From assembly GCA_024279035.1 (NCBI GenBank), contig JAJRSA010000013.1:91889-155888 (forward strand): DNA of 64,000 bases, read 5' to 3'. The stretch is from Alphaproteobacteria bacterium. Lineage in GTDB: Bacteria; Pseudomonadota; Alphaproteobacteria; Micavibrionales; Micavibrionaceae. Both the position numbers and the translations under genes were made by a program. Shown here in pieces: positions 1 to 12,909 of the stretch. Below the pieces are notes generated by a model. The model saw nothing but the letters and a program-made list of their open reading frames with translations. It was not told the DNA's origin and made no database searches. Every line of letters starts with the position of its first letter. Within the stretch, counting starts at the first letter, position 1.

Positions 1-1610
1 GCCCTGCGCGCTTGGGTGTAATGGGCGGTGTGTTGTTTCTTCTGTTGATGTTTTTTATTTTTGTATCGATGCGTGTATCGTCTCCGAACATGCAAACGGT
101 CTTTTCGGAGCTCTCTGCGTCCGATTCTGCTCTTCTTATAACAAAGTTGGATGAAGCCCAAATTCAATATGAGATTTCACGAGATGGCACGCAAATATTG
201 GTCTCAGAAAAAGAAGTTGCAAAAGCACGCTTATTGGCGGCGAAAGAAGGTTTGCCGAATGGAGGGGCTTTGGGGTATGAGCTTTTTGATCAAAAAGCTA
301 GCTTTGGAACAACGAATTCTCAAGAAAAATTAAATAGAAAAAGAGCGCTTGAAGGAGAATTGGCAAGAACAATTTCGGCCTTAGATCAAGTCAAGAGTGT
401 ACGGGTTCATCTGGTTTTGCCTGAGCGTGAGCTCTTTAGCCGTCAAACAGCGCCTGCGAGCGCAAGTGTTTTATTGTCTCTCAGAAGAAGAGGGGGGATT
501 GGTCAGGAGCAGATTGCCAGTATTCAATCTCTGGTGGCCTCTGCTGTCCCTGAAATGAAGATGAGTGATGTCTCTATCTCAGATACCTCTGGGCGCTTAT
601 TGGCACGAGGTGGAGAAGAGGAAGATACTCTTTTGTCTGTTAAAGCAGAAGAGATGCGGCGTAACTATGAGAAAAGATTAACGCGCGCCATTGAAAATTT
701 GGTGGGACGTGCTGTTGGGATAGGGAAAGTACAAGCAATTGTGACCGCGGATCTTAATTTTGATCGTGTAAGCCAAAATGAAGAGATTTTTGATCCAGAA
801 AGTCAGGTTGTGCGCTCCTCTCAATTGGTGGAAGAGAATAGCTCTGAGCGAGAAGAGGGGCAAAATTCTGTTTCTGTAGAAAATAACCTCCCCATCTCTG
901 GAGGGGACTTGCTCTTGGATACGGGCCCGACAGCGCAGAGTAATCGTTTGGAGGAAACAACCAACTATGAAGTGAGTAAGATCATTAAAAGCACTGTCAA
1001 AGAGGTGGGAGGGGTTAAGCGTCTGTCTGTGTCTGTGATGGTGGACGGAACATATGCAAATACTGCGGAAGGAGAGCGTGTCTATACGCCTCGCAGTGAT
1101 GAGGCGCTGTCTAAAATTGAAAGTCTTGTGCGGACAGCTATTGGGTTTGATGATGCACGCGGAGACAGTATTACAATTGAAACAATGCAATTTACAGAGC
1201 TGGAAATTGCGGATATCCAAGCCGATAATACATTGTTCGGGTTTGAAAAAAGTGAATTGCTAGATGCTGTTGAGATTCTGACCATTGCGCTTATGGGGAT
1301 TTTGGTGATTTTGCTTGTCCTTCGCCCGATGATTGGGCGTTTGCTAGAAAGTAGTGGTACAGCGCATCAGTATGCAGAGGATCTTGAGGAACAAGCGGCG
1401 TTGATTGCGGCGCGCCAATCTAATCCTGCACTTCCTCCCCCCGAATTGGCAAGTTTTCAGCCTGATGAAGTGGCGGAAGACGACATGATTGACATGAATA
1501 AAGTGCAAGGGCAGGTGAAAGCCTCTTCTGTGAAAAAAGTTGAAGATATTGTTGAAAATTATCCATCTGAAACAGTGTCTGTTCTCAGAAATTGGATGGC
1601 GCAAGAGTAG
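1..1610 (+). CDS. fliF: Flagellar M-ring protein FliF (5' partial; frame is open to the window edge)
   Basis: No stop upstream of nt 12 in this frame. N-terminal TM helix followed by a YscJ/FliF ring region (LITKLDEAQIQYEISRDGTQILV...AKARLLAAKEGLP), and a second TM near the C-terminus. fliG follows directly. Confidence 0.9.
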   Translation, partial: PARLGVMGGVLFLLLMFFIFVSMRVSSPNMQTVFSELSASDSALLITKLDEAQIQYEISRDGTQILVSEKEVAKARLLAAKEGLPNGGALGYELFDQKASFGTTNSQEKLNRKRALEGELARTISALDQVKSVRVHLVLPERELFSRQTAPASASVLLSLRRRGGIGQEQIASIQSLVASAVPEMKMSDVSISDTSGRLLARGGEEEDTLLSVKAEEMRRNYEKRLTRAIENLVGRAVGIGKVQAIVTADLNFDRVSQNEEIFDPESQVVRSSQLVEENSSEREEGQNSVSVENNLPISGGDLLLDTGPTAQSNRLEETTNYEVSKIIKSTVKEVGGVKRLSVSVMVDGTYANTAEGERVYTPRSDEALSKIESLVRTAIGFDDARGDSITIETMQFTELEIADIQADNTLFGFEKSELLDAVEILTIALMGILVILLVLRPMIGRLLESSGTAHQYAEDLEEQAALIAARQSNPALPPPELASFQPDEVAEDDMIDMNKVQGQVKASSVKKVEDIVENYPSETVSVLRNWMAQE

Positions 1611-1637
1611 ATGCAGGAAGTAAGTGGAGATCTCTAA

Positions 1638-2654
1638 ATGAGAATGAGAGAAGATTATAGGACGTTATCTGGGGCAGAGAAAGCCTCTATTTTCTTGCTT
1701 GCTTTGGGAGAAGATCATGCCACAAAAGTGTTTGAACATATGGATGATGAGGAGATTCTTGAACTTTCTCAGACTATGGCAGGGCTTGGGCGTGTGGGCG
1801 CGAATGTTGTTGAACGTCTTTTTGTTGATTTTGCAGAGCAAATGAGTTCAACCAATGCGTTGGTTGGAACAATGGACAGCACAGAGCGCTTACTGATGAA
1901 GGTTTTAGGCTCTGATAAAGTTGAGGAAATTATGGAAGAAATTCGTGGGCCTGCAGGGCGTACGATGTGGGAAAAACTCGGGAATGTAAATGAAGATATT
2001 CTGGCCAGCTTTCTTCAAAAAGAATACCCACAAACGGTTTCGGTTGTTTTGTCTAAAATTAATTCCGAGCATGCTGCGCGCGTCCTTGCGCTTCTTCCAG
2101 ATAGCTTTGCCTCAGAAGTGATTCAACGCATGTTGAAGATGGAATCCGTTCAAAAAGAAGTATTGGAAGATGTTGAGCGGACCTTAAAAACAGAATTTAT
2201 GACGAATTTAGCCAAAACGCAAAGGCGCGATAGCCATGAGATGATGGCGGAAATATTCAATAATCTTGAGCGTGCGATCGAGACAAAATTCTTGGAACAA
2301 CTTGAAGGAACAGCCCCAGACTCTGCCGAAAAAATTAGAAGTCTCATGTTTACCTTTGATGATCTCGTTAAACTTGATCCGACAGCGATTCAAACATTGG
2401 TGCGCGCTATTGACAAAGACAAGCTCCCGACAGCTTTAAAGGGCGCGGCAGAAGCAATCAAAGACCTGTTTTTCTCGAATATGTCCGAGCGGGCTGCAAA
2501 AATCATGCAAGAAGATATGGAAGCCATGGGGCCTGTGCGCTTAAAAGATGTGGAAGAAGCGCAAAGCTATATTGTGAATGTTGCCAAAGATTTGGAAGAT
2601 CGCGGAGAGCTTATTATCAGTACTGGCGCTGAAGAAGACGAAATGATCTATTAA
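1638..2654 (+). CDS. fliG: Flagellar motor switch protein FliG
   Basis: 338 aa. FliG-like N, middle and C domains ([35 protein letters not shown]). Sits immediately after fliF. Confidence 0.92.
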   Translation: MRMREDYRTLSGAEKASIFLLALGEDHATKVFEHMDDEEILELSQTMAGLGRVGANVVERLFVDFAEQMSSTNALVGTMDSTERLLMKVLGSDKVEEIMEEIRGPAGRTMWEKLGNVNEDILASFLQKEYPQTVSVVLSKINSEHAARVLALLPDSFASEVIQRMLKMESVQKEVLEDVERTLKTEFMTNLAKTQRRDSHEMMAEIFNNLERAIETKFLEQLEGTAPDSAEKIRSLMFTFDDLVKLDPTAIQTLVRAIDKDKLPTALKGAAEAIKDLFFSNMSERAAKIMQEDMEAMGPVRLKDVEEAQSYIVNVAKDLEDRGELIISTGAEEDEMIY

Positions 2655-2669
2655 GGGTATAGAATAAGA

Positions 2670-3359
2670 ATGGAAAAGAAACGCTTTTTATTTGATGTGT
2701 ATAATTTTGACGATCAGAGTCCTGCGATTGTTGAGGAGTATGTTCCGTCCTTGCCCACATATTCAGAAGATGAATTGCGCGCGGCTCTAGAAACGGCTCG
2801 CGCAGAGTCCTTTCGGCGCGGAAAGCAAGAGGGGTTTCGAGAATCTGAAGAAGGATTTACACAAAAAACATACGAGATCTGCCAAACATTAGGTCAAGAT
2901 ATCAATCGTTTGCTAGAGGCAGAAGCGCAAAGGCATCTTCTTTTTCAGCAGGAGACTTGTACTCTTGTGCATCAAGCTTTAGAAGCAGCCTTGCCGACGC
3001 TCATGCAAAAAGGGGATTTTGAGGCGTGTTTAGCGCTTATTTCTGAGACTCTTGAAAAATACAAACATGACGGCGCTTTGACGGTCATGGTACAAGAAGA
3101 TTATATTGAGGCGCTCAAAAATTATTTCGAACAAAAATGTGAATATCAAAATACAAATATTAAATTTATAGCGGACTCGTCCAAGGGAGAAGAGGGTGCT
3201 CTTGCACGCACCAAAATTTCTTGGGAACATGGGGGCGCTGTCCGTGATCCAGAAGAGTTAAAAGAAAATATATTGAAAGTGCTTGAACAATCCCTTGCGC
3301 AAAAAGAATTAACCTCGCACACTACACCAGAACAAAAATCGGAGATCAAAGATGAGTGA
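2670..3359 (+). CDS. fliH: FliH-like flagellar export/assembly protein
   Basis: 229 aa, acidic with a helical N-half. Lies between fliG and fliN and overlaps fliN by 8 nt. Assigned from synteny and size, not from a strong motif. Confidence 0.5.
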   Translation: MEKKRFLFDVYNFDDQSPAIVEEYVPSLPTYSEDELRAALETARAESFRRGKQEGFRESEEGFTQKTYEICQTLGQDINRLLEAEAQRHLLFQQETCTLVHQALEAALPTLMQKGDFEACLALISETLEKYKHDGALTVMVQEDYIEALKNYFEQKCEYQNTNIKFIADSSKGEEGALARTKISWEHGGAVRDPEELKENILKVLEQSLAQKELTSHTTPEQKSEIKDE

Positions 3360-3729
3360 AGAGACAAAAAATGATGAGATGGATGTGAAGGATCTTGCTG
3401 AAACGCTCGACGAAATGAACTCCGAGGAGGAAGAGGAGAGTGGAGAAGAAGATTTTGCGGAAGGAGAGGCGATGGCCAAAGACGTGACCGCCATTTACGA
3501 TATTCCTGTACAGGTTTCTGCGGTGCTTGGGCATGCAACAATGCAAGTCTCTCAGCTTTTGAAATTGGGACGGGGGGCTGTTGTTGAGCTTGATCGTAAA
3601 GTTGGAGAAGCTGTTGATATTTACGTGAATAATAGATTGGTGGCACGGGGCGAAGTTGTCGTGGTTGAAGACAAGCTAGGGGTGACCATGACTGAGATTG
3701 TGAAATCAGACCGTGGAGGGGAAATGTAA
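3352..3729 (+). CDS. fliN: Flagellar motor switch protein FliN
   Basis: Acidic N-terminus plus a C-terminal SpoA/FliN domain (IPVQVSAVLGHATMQVSQLLKLGRGAVVELDRKVGEAVDIYVNNRLVARGEVVVVEDKLGVTMTEIV). Confidence 0.88.
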   Translation: MSEETKNDEMDVKDLAETLDEMNSEEEEESGEEDFAEGEAMAKDVTAIYDIPVQVSAVLGHATMQVSQLLKLGRGAVVELDRKVGEAVDIYVNNRLVARGEVVVVEDKLGVTMTEIVKSDRGGEM

Positions 3730-4574
3730 TGGCAACAGATGCTCATTTTCCAGAAGAAGAAAGTATTTCGAACGCTATTCCTGTGAATATCCCGCGTGTG
3801 CGCTCAAGTGTTGATTTAGTTACTGTTCTAGGATTGTTGAGCGCTATTGGATTGATTGTCGTCGCGGCCTTGTTTGGAAAAACACAAGCCAACTTTTTTA
3901 ACGTGCCGTCTCTTTTGATTGTGGTTTTTGGAACAATTGCCGTGACGGTGATTTCCTATACAGCCCTTGAACTCAATGACATTCGTCGCTCTATTGGCGC
4001 TGTTTTTGTACGTAAAACGTTTAAACATAAACAAACAGCCGAGCAACTCGTCAATCTCTCTGTGCGTGTTAAAAAATATGGACCTCTTTCTCTGACAAAA
4101 GTTGAAACAGATCTCGCTCGAGATCCTTATCTCCTGAATGCCATGCAGATGGTCTCTGACGGGATAGAGCCTCAGGTGATTGAAACGATTTTGGGGCAAT
4201 CTTCTGAAACAAGCCATGAACGCAAATTATTCGCAGCCTCTGCTATTCGTAAAGCAGGAGAAGTTGCCCCGGGCATGGGGTTGATCGGAACGCTTATTGG
4301 TCTTGTTCAAATGTTGGCACAACTCGATGACCCAGCCTCTATTGGCCCTGCAATGGCGGTGGCCTTGCTCACAACTTTTTATGGGGCATTGTTGGGCACT
4401 GTGATCCTCACCCCACTTGCCACAAAACTTGAGCGCTCTGTCGAGCAAGAAGCCATGATGCATGATTTAGTACGCACATCTGCACTGTCCATGGCGAAGC
4501 AAGAAAACCCAAGGCATCTTGAGGTTCTGTTAAATAGCTTGTTGCCTGCTCGGTATAGAATTCGTTATTTTTAA
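3729..4574 (+). CDS. motA: Flagellar stator protein MotA (MotA/TolQ/ExbB family)
   Basis: 281 aa with four predicted TM segments. Family motifs APGMGLIGTLIGLVQML and ALLTTFYGALLG. Start codon overlaps the fliN stop. Confidence 0.8.
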   Translation: MATDAHFPEEESISNAIPVNIPRVRSSVDLVTVLGLLSAIGLIVVAALFGKTQANFFNVPSLLIVVFGTIAVTVISYTALELNDIRRSIGAVFVRKTFKHKQTAEQLVNLSVRVKKYGPLSLTKVETDLARDPYLLNAMQMVSDGIEPQVIETILGQSSETSHERKLFAASAIRKAGEVAPGMGLIGTLIGLVQMLAQLDDPASIGPAMAVALLTTFYGALLGTVILTPLATKLERSVEQEAMMHDLVRTSALSMAKQENPRHLEVLLNSLLPARYRIRYF

Positions 4575-4595
4575 TCTTTTTATAGGACACGCCTT

Positions 4596-5957
4596 ATGCG
4601 TTTAATGATTATTGGTCACCTTGAGGGCTATATTGGGATGGCAGGAAAGATTGCCCTGAAAAAGGGGGCAAAAGTTCTTCATTGTGAAGATATTACTGAA
4701 GCACTTGGGGCTCTGCGAAACGGAAAAGGGGCTGATCTTGCGATGGTTGATGTCAAGTTGTCTATTGCTGATCTTGTCCAGAAACTCGATGCAGAACGTA
4801 TTCATATGCCAATTGTGGCCTGTGGCGTGTCTTCAGATTCACGCGCTGCTGTGAAAGCCATAGAAGCAGGGGCTAAAGAATATGTCCCCCTCCCCCCCGA
4901 TCCTGACTTGATTGCAGCGGTTTTGGCAGCTGTCGCCGAAGAGAATAATACCATGATTGCAGGGGATCTTGCGATGAAACGGATTTTGCAATTGGCGGAT
5001 AAAATTGCGCCGAGTGATGCAACAATTCTCATTACGGGAGAGTCGGGGACGGGGAAAGAAGTCATGTCTCGTTATGTGCACGAGAAATCAAAACGCAATG
5101 GAGGCTCTTTTATTGCTGTGAATTGTGCCGCGATCCCTGAAAACTTACTGGAATCCGAGCTGTTTGGGCATGAAAAAGGGGCGTTTACAGGGGCAATAGG
5201 ACGGCGCATCGGAAAATTTGAAGAGGCCAGTGGCGGGACACTTCTTCTGGATGAGGTGAGTGAAATGGCGCCCTCCTTACAAGCTAAGTTGTTACGCGCC
5301 ATTCAAGAAAAAGAAATCACGCGTGTGGGAAGTAACGATGTCGTGAAAATAGATATACGTATTGTGGCCACCTCCAACCGTAACTTGGAGGAGGCGGTTC
5401 AAAAAGGAGAGTTTAGAGAAGATCTTTATTTTCGTTTAAATGTTGTCAATTTAACGCTTCCTGCCTTGCGAGAACGCCCCTCTGATATTTTACCGTTGGC
5501 ACAGCTCTTTGCGGATAAATTTGCAGAAGATAATGGGGTCGAGACAAAGAAAATTTCTTCAGATGCACAAGCCAAACTCAAATCCTATCCGTGGCGCGGT
5601 AATATCCGTGAGTTGGAAAATACAATGCATCGCGCTATCTTAATTGCGCTGGAAGAGGAGATAGAGCCAGAGGCTATCCATCTCTCTCAAAGCGCGTTTT
5701 CAACACACTCTGTAAGTTCTTCGCCTGTGGAAACCCAACAAAACACACCCGCACAGCCCCTTCAAAACCCTGGTGGAGTTGAAGGTCTTGTCGGGCAGAG
5801 CATCGCCGATGTAGAGCGCCAAATGATCCTTAATACTCTCGATCACTGCCTCGGAAACCGCACTCACGCTGCCAAAGTTCTCGGAATTTCTATTCGTACG
5901 CTCCGTAATAAACTGAATCTTTATAAAGAAGATAATGCTAGTGTTAATGTTGGATGA
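4596..5957 (+). CDS. flbD: Sigma54-dependent flagellar transcriptional activator (FlbD/NtrC family)
   Basis: Receiver-like N-domain, AAA+ sigma54-interaction domain (GESGTGKE Walker A, GAFTGA loop, NIRELEN) and a C-terminal Fis-type HTH (NRTHAAKVLGISIRTLRNKL). Located in the flagellar cluster. Confidence 0.82.
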   Translation: MRLMIIGHLEGYIGMAGKIALKKGAKVLHCEDITEALGALRNGKGADLAMVDVKLSIADLVQKLDAERIHMPIVACGVSSDSRAAVKAIEAGAKEYVPLPPDPDLIAAVLAAVAEENNTMIAGDLAMKRILQLADKIAPSDATILITGESGTGKEVMSRYVHEKSKRNGGSFIAVNCAAIPENLLESELFGHEKGAFTGAIGRRIGKFEEASGGTLLLDEVSEMAPSLQAKLLRAIQEKEITRVGSNDVVKIDIRIVATSNRNLEEAVQKGEFREDLYFRLNVVNLTLPALRERPSDILPLAQLFADKFAEDNGVETKKISSDAQAKLKSYPWRGNIRELENTMHRAILIALEEEIEPEAIHLSQSAFSTHSVSSSPVETQQNTPAQPLQNPGGVEGLVGQSIADVERQMILNTLDHCLGNRTHAAKVLGISIRTLRNKLNLYKEDNASVNVG

Positions 5958-5963
5958 TCCCAG

Positions 5964-5992
5964 TTGCAACTCTGCTGTACGCCTAGTATAAT
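5964..5992 (+). promoter_or_regulatory. Candidate sigma70-type promoter upstream of flhA (TTGCAA-N17-TATAAT)
   Basis: TTGCAA at 5964-5969 and a perfect TATAAT at 5987-5992 with 17-nt spacing, about 60 nt upstream of the flhA ATG. Sequence match only. Confidence 0.3.
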
Positions 5993-5998
5993 AGAAAT

Positions 5999-6026
5999 AG
6001 GGCAGTTTCTGTGCCCTGTTTTCGTT
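5999..6026 (+). terminator. Hairpin plus T-tract after flbD (intrinsic terminator or flhA leader hairpin)
   Basis: A 6-bp stem AGGGCA/TGCCCT with a 7-nt loop, followed by GTTTTCGTT, 42 nt after the flbD stop. Confidence 0.4.
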
Positions 6027-6051
6027 GATCTAAATCAAACTCAAGAGAGAC

Positions 6052-8151
6052 ATGGTAGATAGTTTTTCATCACATCTTATGGGACAGGCCAAAGGGACGG
6101 TACGAGGTATCTTTCGTGGAGATGTTATCTTTGCGACTGGGATTATTGCCATCCTCATGTTTATGCTTGTCCCTATTCCAACATGGATACTGGATATGGG
6201 GTTGTCTTTATCTGTGACGTTCTCTGTTATGATTTTGATGACTGTGTTGTTTCTTCAAAAGCCTCTTGAATTCTCAACTTTTCCAACGGTGCTTTTGATT
6301 GCAACATCTTTGCGTCTTGGATTAAATGTTGCGTCGACACGACTCATTTTAAGTGAAGGGCATACAGGGAATACTGCTGCAGGGCAGGTGATTGAAGCGT
6401 TTGGAAGCTTTATCATTCAAGATAGCTATATCGTGGGGGGCATTGTCTTTGCCATTCTTGTGATTGTTAATTGTGTCGTGATTACCAAAGGATCGGGACG
6501 GATCGCCGAGGTGGCGGCGCGCTTTGCTTTGGATGCGATGCCTGGTAAGCAAATGGCGATTGATAGTGATCTCTCGGCAGGGCTAATGACAGAAGAAGAA
6601 GCCAAAGCCAAACGGGCAGAATTATCTCAGGAAAGTACGTTTTTTGGCGCCATGGATGGGTCGGCAAAGTTTGTCCGAGGGGATGCGATCGCAGGGCTTC
6701 TCATTACATTTATTAATATTATTGGGGGTATTATTATTGGAACAACCTCCAAAGATTTAAGTCTTGCGGAGGCGGCGTCCACTTACACAATTTTAACGAT
6801 TGGAGATGGACTAGTCTCTCAAATTCCTGCTCTGGTCGTCTCTATTTCCGCAGGTTTATTGATCTCAAAGGCAGGGGTTGAAGGCTCCGCAGATCAGGCT
6901 CTCTATAAACAGTTTGGACGTTATCCAAAAGCCTTGGCAATGAGTTCTGTTTTAATGATTGGTGTGGGGCTTGTTCCAGGGATTCCTGCGGTTCCTTTTT
7001 TATTCCTTGGGATTGTGGCAGGAGGGCTTTCCTATCTGGCTTTCCAAAAGAAAGAAGGGGACGCGCAAAAAATTGTCACAGACGCAGAAGAGAAAAAGGC
7101 ACTGGCCAGACCTGCAGAAGAGCCGATTTCTAAGTCTCTGGCGATGGATACGATCCGTTTGGAGCTAGGCTATGGTCTGCTCCCGCTTGTGCAGGGGGAA
7201 GGCGAGAATAAGCTGACGGTGCAGATTAAAGGTTTGAGACGGCAATTGGCCGAGGATATGGGCTATATCCTGCCCGCTGTGCGCATTCAAGACAATCTCC
7301 AACTCCAAGCCAATCAATATATGGTGCGTGTGAAAGAAATTGAAGCAGGGCGTGGGGATGTGCGTCCCAACATGTTGTTATGTATGGATCCTACGGGTGA
7401 ACCGATTAGTCTCCCCGGAGAAAACACCACAGAGCCCACCTTTGGCTTGCCTGCCATGTGGTTGGATAAACGTTATAAAGAAGAGGCCAACTTCAAAGGC
7501 TATACTGTTGTGGATGCGCCAACTGTGATTACGACGCATTTAACGGAGCTGATTAAAGAACATATGGCAGATTTACTCTCTTATACGGAAACTCAACGCT
7601 TATTGGACGAGCTTGCCCCAGATTATCAAAAGCTTGTTGCGGATGTCATCCCCACACAATTGACGGTTACAGGTCTACAGCGTGTGTTGCAATCTCTGGT
7701 GGGGGAGCGGGTCTCCATCCGTGATCTCCCCACTATTTTAGAAGGCGTGTCCGAGGCCTCAACCTATACCAAAAGTATTTCCTTGATGACCGAGCATGTG
7801 CGCGCACGTTTGGCGCGTCAAATCTGTGATCAAAACGCCAACATGCAAAATATGCTCCCTCTTGTGACGCTCTCACCCAATTGGGAACAAGCCTTTGTGG
7901 AGTCTCTCGTAGGTGATGGGGAAGAGCGTCAATTGGCCATGCCTCCAAGCCAACTCCAAGATTTCATCAGTGCTGTGCGCACAGGTTACGAAAAACTTAC
8001 CAAAACAGGCGAAAGCCCTGTTCTCCTCACCTCTCCCGGCATCCGTCCCTATGTGCGCTCCGTCATAGAACGCTTCCGCCCTCAAACCATCATCATGTCC
8101 CAAAACGAAATTCATGCGAAAGCGAAGATTAAAACCTTGGGGCAGATTTAG
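6052..8151 (+). CDS. flhA: Flagellar type III export apparatus protein FlhA
   Basis: 699 aa. Multi-TM N-domain with FHIPEP-type motifs (ARFALDAMPGKQMAIDSDL, GAMDGSAKFVRGDAIAG) and a large cytoplasmic C-domain. Confidence 0.95.
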   Translation: MVDSFSSHLMGQAKGTVRGIFRGDVIFATGIIAILMFMLVPIPTWILDMGLSLSVTFSVMILMTVLFLQKPLEFSTFPTVLLIATSLRLGLNVASTRLILSEGHTGNTAAGQVIEAFGSFIIQDSYIVGGIVFAILVIVNCVVITKGSGRIAEVAARFALDAMPGKQMAIDSDLSAGLMTEEEAKAKRAELSQESTFFGAMDGSAKFVRGDAIAGLLITFINIIGGIIIGTTSKDLSLAEAASTYTILTIGDGLVSQIPALVVSISAGLLISKAGVEGSADQALYKQFGRYPKALAMSSVLMIGVGLVPGIPAVPFLFLGIVAGGLSYLAFQKKEGDAQKIVTDAEEKKALARPAEEPISKSLAMDTIRLELGYGLLPLVQGEGENKLTVQIKGLRRQLAEDMGYILPAVRIQDNLQLQANQYMVRVKEIEAGRGDVRPNMLLCMDPTGEPISLPGENTTEPTFGLPAMWLDKRYKEEANFKGYTVVDAPTVITTHLTELIKEHMADLLSYTETQRLLDELAPDYQKLVADVIPTQLTVTGLQRVLQSLVGERVSIRDLPTILEGVSEASTYTKSISLMTEHVRARLARQICDQNANMQNMLPLVTLSPNWEQAFVESLVGDGEERQLAMPPSQLQDFISAVRTGYEKLTKTGESPVLLTSPGIRPYVRSVIERFRPQTIIMSQNEIHAKAKIKTLGQI

Positions 8152-8187
8152 AGAATATGTTATACTAAGGCCTAAGAGAGGTTCATA

Positions 8188-8604
8188 ATGGCACATGATT
8201 ATGCAGAGAAAAAGATGAGAGAGGCGCTCGTCCAATCGGGAGGGAATGCGACGCAGGCGCAGAGGATTTTGATTGAGTGGGCGTTGGACGATCAGATTTT
8301 ACTCATTGCTCTGACCCAACATCATCTCAAAGGGATTGTGGCGCATGCGATTGAACGGACGATTTCCAAAGATAAGCCTGAGCGCGAGAAAATTTCTAAA
8401 CCCCAGACAAAACCTGAGCCCATTGATATGCCTCCTGAAAGCTTTGGGCGGGATCTTTTGAAGGCTCTGTCAGGGCGCAACAGCATCCGTTTTGGTTTGG
8501 AGGGGGCGAGTGGTCGTCCTATTGTCACACGACGTAAACAAGCCTCTCAGCAACATATTGATGCGTTGAAAAGTATGTCCTCTATTCCCCCTAAAGAGTC
8601 CTAA
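8188..8604 (+). CDS. Hypothetical protein (138 aa) downstream of flhA
   Basis: Clean ORF with a GAGAGG RBS-like sequence upstream. No motif recognised. Confidence 0.45.
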   Translation: MAHDYAEKKMREALVQSGGNATQAQRILIEWALDDQILLIALTQHHLKGIVAHAIERTISKDKPEREKISKPQTKPEPIDMPPESFGRDLLKALSGRNSIRFGLEGASGRPIVTRRKQASQQHIDALKSMSSIPPKES

Positions 8605-8644
8605 AAAAGATCGTTTGCTTTTATGAGGTTCCATACCACACACA

Positions 8645-8773
8645 GTCATCCCCGAGGACATGCACAGCATGTCTTAAACGTCGGGGATCCATATGTCAGT
8701 GACAACGCCACTGCCTTTATAGAGAAAGAGTGGATTCCTGCCTTCGCAGGAATGACGGAGGGTGGCAGGATGA
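8645..8773 (+). repeat. Composite palindromic repeat, family B (three hairpins plus a partial extra arm), intergenic copy
   Basis: GTCATCCCCGAGGACATGCACAGCATGTCTTAAACGTCGGGGATC, a CAGTG...CACTG hairpin, GGATTCCTGCCTTCGCAGGAATGAC, then GGCAGGATGAC. Collinear with the reverse complement of 13982-14090. Confidence 0.75.
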
Positions 8774-8779
8774 CGGAGG

Positions 8780-12145
<3,366 letters not shown>

Positions 12146-12909
12146 CAGATGTATTTTAAAGGTGAGTGTAACGTGTATTCCTATGCCCATTCTGCCATAA
12201 TTTTTGTTTATGTACAGGTAAAAGAGTGTGTGAGATGTTGGATATCTATAATTTTAAGAGTAATGGTGAGGGAGAACACCCTCATGGGCCAAGGGGAAAG
12301 CACCTTTGCGATGTATAGAGTGTCTTTAATCTATCGCAAAGGCCTAATTTATATTTTATGTATAGTTATTGTTGAGCTCAGGAGATTTTTGAGATAGCCT
12401 TAGTCTCTTTTGACTGGAGGGCCAGCATTGATTTCCTACAGAATACGTGCTTGACTCTATAGTAACTTTAACCTGATAAGGAAAACTTATATCCAACGCA
12501 TCACATTGAATGATTTTAGCCTGTACCCATTCCATCATCCCAAAACTCAACAGCTGTTCCAACGGAAGGAGGCCAAGTGTGTCGTGCACTTGCGGTTTGT
12601 GTATGCGATGTGCCTGTATCTGTGATTTCAATAGAACTTGTAAAGGACTGCGTTGCCGTTGCCTGCTCTGCACGCAACATTTTTAATGCCTCTTCTGCCA
12701 CAACTCTGCCACAACATTGAACTCTAATTTTTTTTGTTTAATACCCTCTAAAGATGGTCTTCTAAACCCTAATTTACTCATTGATACGCTCCTGTTTTTT
12801 TTGAATAAGTAAAATCTGTAGTATCTATATGTCCATACATCAAGAGGAAAATAAAATGTAAAGTTTTTTCCTCTCCACATTCCTCCCTAACCCTGCTACA
12901 ACGCTTTTC

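Noticed and set aside
678-1220. 180-aa minus-strand ORF (plus several 60-90-aa ORFs) inside fliF
   Set aside because: It lies entirely antisense to a well-supported FliF frame. Composition is Cys/His/Arg/Phe-rich with no motif. This is a typical shadow ORF.
3146-3646. 166-aa minus-strand ORF spanning the fliH-like/fliN junction
   Set aside because: It is antisense to two coupled flagellar genes. The Pro/Ser/Leu/Gln-rich product looks like a mirror of the acidic GAA/GAG-rich sense frame.
5958-6051. Sigma54-type promoters (TGGCAC-N5-TTGC-like GG-N10-GC) upstream of flagellar genes; spacers at 1611-1637, 8152-8187 and 47807-47815 were also inspected
   Set aside because: No convincing match was seen by eye in any of these short spacers. 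A proper PWM scan is needed before any claim is made.
12356-12673. 105-aa minus-strand ORF as a stand-alone gene
   Set aside because: It has no RBS, overlaps a second ORF in another frame, and has odd composition. It is better explained as part of a frameshifted remnant (see finding).
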